The notes beneath the pieces were generated by a model. It saw nothing but the letters and a program-made list of their open reading frames with translations. It was not told where the DNA came from and did no database searches. Positions 56,370 to 64,000 of a stretch of 64,000 nt of DNA are shown here, piece after piece; the stretch's first letter is position 1; every line of letters starts with the position of its first letter. The translations under genes were made by a program, and so were the position numbers. Source of the DNA: Candidatus Uhrbacteria bacterium (GTDB taxonomy: Bacteria; Patescibacteriota; Patescibacteriia; UBA9934; GWF2-40-263); assembly GCA_016205975.1 (NCBI GenBank), contig JACQSK010000021.1, positions 36,324 to 100,323 on the forward strand, in the 5' to 3' direction.

Positions 56370-58244
56370 ATGAGTATCTTCGGCCCTATCCTCATCTTGG
56401 GAATCTTGCTTCTGGCAGGTCCCATCGTCGCGGCAGGTGTCGGCATCGAACTGGGAGGCATGGCGAGCGCCGTGCTCCTGGGCTTCGGTGTCGTGCTCGT
56501 GCTCATCGCCGGCATCGCGCTGGTGATCAGCAATCTGTACAACCGTACCTCTCCGGACGAGGCGTTCGTCCGCTCCGGCATGGGCGGCGTGCGCGCCATC
56601 ATCGACGGTGGCGCCATCGTCGTGGGCGTCATCCACGAGAAGGTCACCGTCTCCCTGCGCACGATCCGCCTGGTGGTTGAACGTCGCGGGACGGACGCCC
56701 TGCTCACCCATGACAAGTTGCGCGCCGACATCAAGGCCGAGTTCTTCATCCGAGTCCAGGCCGAGCCCGATGCCGTCATCAACGCGGCGCGCTCCTTCGG
56801 GGATCGCATGCGTGATCCCGGTCAGGTCGCCGAGGTCGTCGAGGACAAGCTCATCTCCGCCCTGCGCACCGTGGCGGCGACGATGAGCCTGGAGGACCTC
56901 AACTCCCGGCGCGACGAGTTCCTGTCGAGGGTCAAGGATATCGTGGAGGCCGAGCTCAAGCCCAACGGGCTCACGCTCGAGTCCACGACCATCAGCTACC
57001 TGGACCAGACCGACACGCGCCAGCTTCGCACCGACAACGTCTTCGACGCCCAGGGTCTGCGCACGATCGCCGAGATCACGCAGGCGAACCTGACGCAGAA
57101 GAACGAGTTCGACCGCAAGGGCGAGGAGTCTCGTCGCGCTCGGGACGTTGAGAACAAGAAGAAGATGCTCGAGCTCGCCCAGCAGGAGGCCGTGGCCGAA
57201 GCCACGCAGGGTGCGGACATCGCCGCCAAGCGCGCCGAGGAAGCTCGTCGCGCCGAGCAGGCCGGAATCGACAAGGCCAAGGCCATCAAGGTCGCCTCCG
57301 AGCAGGCTCAGCAGGCCGAGGAGGTCGCTGCACAGGAACGCCTCAAGGCCGTCGAGGTCGCCACTCAGCAGGCCCAGCAGGCTCGCGAGGTCGCCGAGCA
57401 GGCGCGTCTGGAAGGCGTCGCCGCCGCCCAGGCCAAGGCCGCCAAGGCCGAGACCGCGCGCCAGGAGGCGGAAGCCGATGCGGAGGCCGCTCGCCAGAAG
57501 GTGGAGACGGTCAAGGTCGAACAGGCGGCGCAGCGCGAGAAGTCCAAGCGCGTCATCAACGCCGAGGCCCAGGGTCAGGAGGACTACGTCAAGGCTTCGA
57601 AGGAAGCCGACGCGAAGGCCTACGAGCTCACCGCCACGGCCGACGCCAAGAAGAAGGCCGCCGAGGCCGATGCCACCGCGATCACCAAGCGGGCCGAGGC
57701 CGAGAAGGCCGCCGCGGTCGCCGCGGCCGAAGGCAAGAAGGCCGGTGAGATGATCCCCGTCGAGGTCGAGAAGGCCAAGGTCGAGGTCGCGGCCAAGCAG
57801 GTCGAGGTCGACAAGAAGCGCGTCGCCGAGGTCGTCAAGCCCGAGTTGGAGGCCCGCGAGGAGCACGGCCGGGTCGCCCAGGAGTTCGAGCTCGGAAAGC
57901 TCCGCATCCAGGCGGACGTCGAGATCAGCAAGGCCACGGCCGAAGCGCTGGGAGAGGCGCTGGAGAGCGCCAACATGACGCTCTACGGCACGCCCGAGGA
58001 CGCCGCCGCGATGGTTCGGAACCTCGCGACCGGCATGGGCCTTGGGCAGTACGCCCGTGGCGCCATGCAGACGCTCCCCCCGGAGCTGATTGCCGCCGCT
58101 GTGGAAAGTGGCAAGACGGGCCTCGCGCTGTTGGACGCCATCGCCCAGCGGCTGGGCATGAAGATGCCCGAGATCCCCGCCACTCCGGCCCCGGCCCCGG
58201 CTCCCGAGCTCGCCGCCCAGGACAGCCAGGTCAACGAGATCTAG
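56370..58244 (+). CDS. flotillin-like SPFH/band-7 protein (FloT/YqiK family)
   Basis: 624 aa; N-terminal membrane hairpin, SPFH domain, very long Ala/Glu/Lys-rich coiled-coil (flotillin repeats), C-terminal Pro/Ala tail; GC3 very high. Confidence 0.85.
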   Translation: MSIFGPILILGILLLAGPIVAAGVGIELGGMASAVLLGFGVVLVLIAGIALVISNLYNRTSPDEAFVRSGMGGVRAIIDGGAIVVGVIHEKVTVSLRTIRLVVERRGTDALLTHDKLRADIKAEFFIRVQAEPDAVINAARSFGDRMRDPGQVAEVVEDKLISALRTVAATMSLEDLNSRRDEFLSRVKDIVEAELKPNGLTLESTTISYLDQTDTRQLRTDNVFDAQGLRTIAEITQANLTQKNEFDRKGEESRRARDVENKKKMLELAQQEAVAEATQGADIAAKRAEEARRAEQAGIDKAKAIKVASEQAQQAEEVAAQERLKAVEVATQQAQQAREVAEQARLEGVAAAQAKAAKAETARQEAEADAEAARQKVETVKVEQAAQREKSKRVINAEAQGQEDYVKASKEADAKAYELTATADAKKKAAEADATAITKRAEAEKAAAVAAAEGKKAGEMIPVEVEKAKVEVAAKQVEVDKKRVAEVVKPELEAREEHGRVAQEFELGKLRIQADVEISKATAEALGEALESANMTLYGTPEDAAAMVRNLATGMGLGQYARGAMQTLPPELIAAAVESGKTGLALLDAIAQRLGMKMPEIPATPAPAPAPELAAQDSQVNEI

Positions 58245-58269
58245 TCGACACAACGTCGATCAGGTCAAC

Positions 58270-58299
58270 CCCCGTGGAGCACTCACGGGGTTTTTGTTT
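58270..58299 (+). terminator. intrinsic terminator after the flotillin gene
   Basis: ccccgtg-gagcact-cacgggg hairpin followed by tttttgttt. Confidence 0.7.
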
Positions 58300-58407
58300 C
58301 TCTGGGGCCAGGTTGACAAGAATGCGGATTCCTGTTACTTTTCGCTGTTTCCAAAGCGGGATAGGAGAGGCCCGCTGGGAGACGTATAATGGAATTGGAG
58401 GTCACCC

Positions 58408-58590
58408 ATGTTCGATCAAGACACGACTCTCGGTGAGCTCGTTCAACACTTCTACGAGGAGTTCCTCGTGCTCTACGGCGATGAGGAGCTGGCGTCGGTT
58501 GCCACGGCGGCGGTCATCAATGACCTGCTCGCCGAGGGCGAGGAGAACCAAAGGAAAGAAGCGCTCGGTCAGTTCGCCAGGAACAACTGA
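58408..58590 (+). CDS. small acidic hypothetical protein (60 aa)
   Basis: ATG preceded by ggagg RBS at -8; helical acidic composition; short, so low confidence. Confidence 0.3.
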   Translation: MFDQDTTLGELVQHFYEEFLVLYGDEELASVATAAVINDLLAEGEENQRKEALGQFARNN

Positions 58591-58620
58591 GCCATACCCA
58601 GCACAAGAGGAGAGGAATCC

Positions 58621-59997
58621 ATGGGAGATACCATCATGCCAGCGCGTACCAAGTGCGTTCGCTGTCAAAGAGAGTTTCCCGTCAAGGCCGTCATGAGCCT
58701 GGAGGACGAAAGTGACATCCCGTTGCTCGTCGTTCTCACGGAGGTCTCGAGCATCGAGGAGGCGATCGCGCTCGCCACCTGCCAGGTGTGCCTGAAGCGT
58801 CAGGGCCCCACCGATCGCGGGCTTTACGATCTGCTCCTGTCTCTGGGAGCGGTCGATTCCGTCAGCGCTCACAGCGCGCGCGGAAGTTCCATTCCAAAAG
58901 TGGACCTTGCGGCGCTCGCGCGTTTGCAGACGCGTGCGGTGAAGCCCGTCGTGCCTCTGCTCGCCGGGGTTCGCATCCAGATGCCCTGGCGCGAGGAGCA
59001 CCTCCCGCCGCGCGGCACCTTCCGTCCGCCGCCCAGGCGTCCCGAGAGGATCGATGACGAGCCGCGCATTCCCAAGGCTCTGCAGCCGCAGGAAAAGCGT
59101 GAGAGCGAACCGAAGGTCGAACCCCTCAAGGGGGGACTCGATGCGCGGTCGCTCGCGGCGCTCCAGGCGGCTCGGCCCGCCGCGCGTGCGCGCGACCAGG
59201 CCAAGCAGCTCCGTTTGTTCAGCAAGCTGGGCGCGTGCATGAAGGTCCTGAAGAGCCAGCTTCGTGAGATTCGGACGCAGGCGGCTGAGCGTGATGTGAG
59301 CACCTGGCTTACCGCGTTTGATGCCAAGCTGGCTGAGGCGGTTATCTGTGATCCCAAGCATCGGGATCGTGGCGCCTTGCTCGCGCTCCTGGCCACCTCA
59401 CAGGGTGAGCTGGAAACGCTGGGCCAGCAGTTCTGGCTGACGCACAGCGCCGCCGTGCCCACGCAGGGAGGCGGAGGCTCAGGCCCCGGACGCGCCAAGG
59501 GCGATGCTCCCAAGAGCGCTCGCGTACGGGCGCCCATGGAGGAAGGGCAGGACAACCCGTTTGAGGGCGGCGTCCGTCCCAGGCGCTTCCACGGGAAGGG
59601 CGAGAGTCCTCCCGCGCCCATGCGGCTCGTGACCGTGGTACGCACCGCGGTTCCCAAGACCAACAAGCCGCTTCAGGACCTCAACCCCGCGTCCGTTCCC
59701 AAGGTCGTCTACCCGCAGGGGCAGTGCTATGGGCGCGACTACGAGGTTCGAGGAAGCCAACGGGTCGCTCCGGTGATCGGAGAAACCCACGACTGGGCAT
59801 GGACTCAGATCCGGCTTGCCACTTGGGCATGTAACCATGAGCGCGCCGCGCTCGTGTGCAACGGCAAGAGCCTGGACCTGACCCTGGTGATGGGTGCCTT
59901 CCTTGAGGAGGCGTTGGACGCACTGTCTCTCAAGGCGCAGGACACGCTTGTCGTGCCACGCGCAGAGCTCGCTCCCGAAGACCGTCCAGAGGTCTGA
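58621..59997 (+). CDS. hypothetical protein with N-terminal CxxC...CxxC zinc-ribbon-like motif
   Basis: 458 aa; KCVRCQREFP...ATCQVCLKRQ; remainder Arg/Pro-rich with no motif; high GC. Confidence 0.5.
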   Translation: MGDTIMPARTKCVRCQREFPVKAVMSLEDESDIPLLVVLTEVSSIEEAIALATCQVCLKRQGPTDRGLYDLLLSLGAVDSVSAHSARGSSIPKVDLAALARLQTRAVKPVVPLLAGVRIQMPWREEHLPPRGTFRPPPRRPERIDDEPRIPKALQPQEKRESEPKVEPLKGGLDARSLAALQAARPAARARDQAKQLRLFSKLGACMKVLKSQLREIRTQAAERDVSTWLTAFDAKLAEAVICDPKHRDRGALLALLATSQGELETLGQQFWLTHSAAVPTQGGGGSGPGRAKGDAPKSARVRAPMEEGQDNPFEGGVRPRRFHGKGESPPAPMRLVTVVRTAVPKTNKPLQDLNPASVPKVVYPQGQCYGRDYEVRGSQRVAPVIGETHDWAWTQIRLATWACNHERAALVCNGKSLDLTLVMGAFLEEALDALSLKAQDTLVVPRAELAPEDRPEV

Positions 59998-60003
59998 CAC
60001 GCG

Positions 60004-60030
60004 CGGATCCAGACTTGGGTCCGTTTTTTA
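60004..60030 (+). terminator. intrinsic terminator
   Basis: cggatcc-agactt-gggtccg hairpin (one G.U) followed by ttttttat, 7 nt after the stop at 59997. Confidence 0.65.
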
Positions 60031-60046
60031 TACGAAGACAGGAATC

Positions 60047-60075
60047 TTGATTATTTGCGACAAGCGGACTATCAT
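60047..60075 (+). promoter_or_regulatory. sigma70-like promoter TTGATT-17-TATCAT
   Basis: ttgatt 60047-60052, 17-nt spacer, tatcat 60070-60075; no protein-coding gene follows for about 600 nt. Confidence 0.4.
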
Positions 60076-60081
60076 CGTTCG

Positions 60082-60270
60082 TGTTACACGCCTCTTCTTT
60101 CTGAGGCTGCGAAGTGAGGTACGGTCATTGTCAGATCTAAACCGCGAGCATTGGTCGTTCGCTGAAAGGCTGAGCGGCCAAAAATCTCTCTCCTCATGCT
60201 CAAACGTTCTGATCAGGCACGCTTATATCGTGGCCTCGACCTCGCAGCCTCTGGTAGAAGAGGTTTTTTC
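60082..60270 (+). ncRNA. candidate small RNA (~190 nt) defined by promoter and intrinsic terminator
   Basis: predicted TSS about 60082 downstream of the promoter above; terminator-like hairpin (a)gcctct-ggtaga-agagg(t) plus tttttt at 60245-60270; only a 31-codon ORF inside. Confidence 0.25.
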
Positions 60271-60398
60271 ATTGGTGACGGCTGTGGATAAAAAGGAGAA
60301 AACAGGAGCGGCTTTGATCCACGGCCCAAGACTTTTGACTGAATCTAGCAGAGATTATTGAATCCTTGACAATCCACGCTTGTTCCACTTTTGGCGTC

Positions 60399-60427
60399 TT
60401 GACGCTCATAAACCCGCGTGCTACTAT
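60399..60427 (+). promoter_or_regulatory. rpoB promoter candidate TTGACG-17-TACTAT
   Basis: ttgacg 60399-60404, 17-nt spacer, tactat 60422-60427; would give an ~240-nt rpoB leader; additional TTGACA hexamers at 60365 and 60468. Confidence 0.4.
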
Positions 60428-60674
60428 CTGCCTGCATTCATTTCAGGCTTCGCTCAACCTAGCGAAGCTTGACACGTCGATCACGATCGTCGTGTCTTGG
60501 CAGGAACTTAGACCTCGTATACGGCTGTACGGTCAACCGGGTTTAAGACACTTAAAGAGAATCTTCTGACGCTTTCGGCACGCCGCAGCGATCGGAACTA
60601 ACGATCTATTCTCTGATGGTGCTTAACCTATCAACCACCCATAACTAAGAGGCACTCATGTCGAGTGTGCTTTT

Positions 60675-63950
<3,276 letters not shown>

Positions 63951-63953
63951 GAT

Positions 63954-64000
63954 ATGTTCAAAAAACAAGACACGCTCAAGTCCACCGACTTCGACTCCAT
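63954..64000 (+). CDS. rpoC: DNA-directed RNA polymerase subunit beta-prime, first 15 codons (partial, runs off window)
   Basis: MFKKQDTLKSTDFDS... directly after rpoB in canonical order. Confidence 0.7.
   Translation, partial: MFKKQDTLKSTDFDS

Noticed and set aside
56310-58253. 647-aa minus-strand ORF
   Set aside because: Antisense to the flotillin gene in a region of very high GC3; the protein is Gly/Leu/Asp/Arg low-complexity. The sense strand has a clear SPFH protein with RBS and terminator.
59894-60361. 155-aa plus-strand ORF spanning the end of the upstream gene and the rpoB upstream region
   Set aside because: Starts inside the preceding gene, runs through two terminator hairpins and a promoter, and has Arg/Ser-rich composition; more likely non-coding.

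Overview
High-GC (~60%) bacterial chromosomal window of about 65 genes, densely packed and mostly on the minus strand in the first 40 kb. The backbone is housekeeping: a ribosomal-protein/rpoA block (infA-rpmJ-rpsM-rpsK-rpsD-rpoA-rplQ-rplM-rpsI), alaS, murJ, corA, era, mnmA, uppP, secDF, secA, hpf, murB, murC, ychF, rpsF-ssb-rpsR, epmA-like plus efp, recA, ftsK, and rpoB with the first codons of rpoC. Several traits together suggest a reduced-genome lineage such as Candidate Phyla Radiation / Patescibacteria; this is inference, not a database result. Those traits are a short RpoA with no alpha-CTD, a compact 1091-aa RpoB, a 623-aa AlaS, no rplI after rpsR, and a 'four helix bundle' protein gene. 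One tRNA-Ala(GGC) is present. There are no rRNA genes, CRISPR arrays, integrases or transposases. Accessory or unusual content includes (i) an operonic pair of a large N-terminally membrane-anchored protein and an FtsK/HerA/TrwB-superfamily P-loop ATPase carrying twin C-terminal zinc ribbons, which I cannot assign to any described system; (ii) a SecD with a parvulin PPIase domain inserted in its periplasmic domain; (iii) a dispersed family of short repeats with 9-bp periodicity bracketing the four-helix-bundle gene and recurring inside murC; (iv) a tRNA-Ala-adjacent cluster of hypothetical genes including a protein built from 60-bp tandem repeats and a frameshifted ORF; (v) a low-GC patch with a frameshifted fic gene and a vapBC-like toxin-antitoxin pair around recA; (vi) a very-high-GC NfeD-flotillin block with two unknown genes; (vii) a candidate ~190-nt sRNA with its own promoter and terminator upstream of rpoB. 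Many long ORFs in the six-frame track are antisense artefacts of the high GC content and were rejected.
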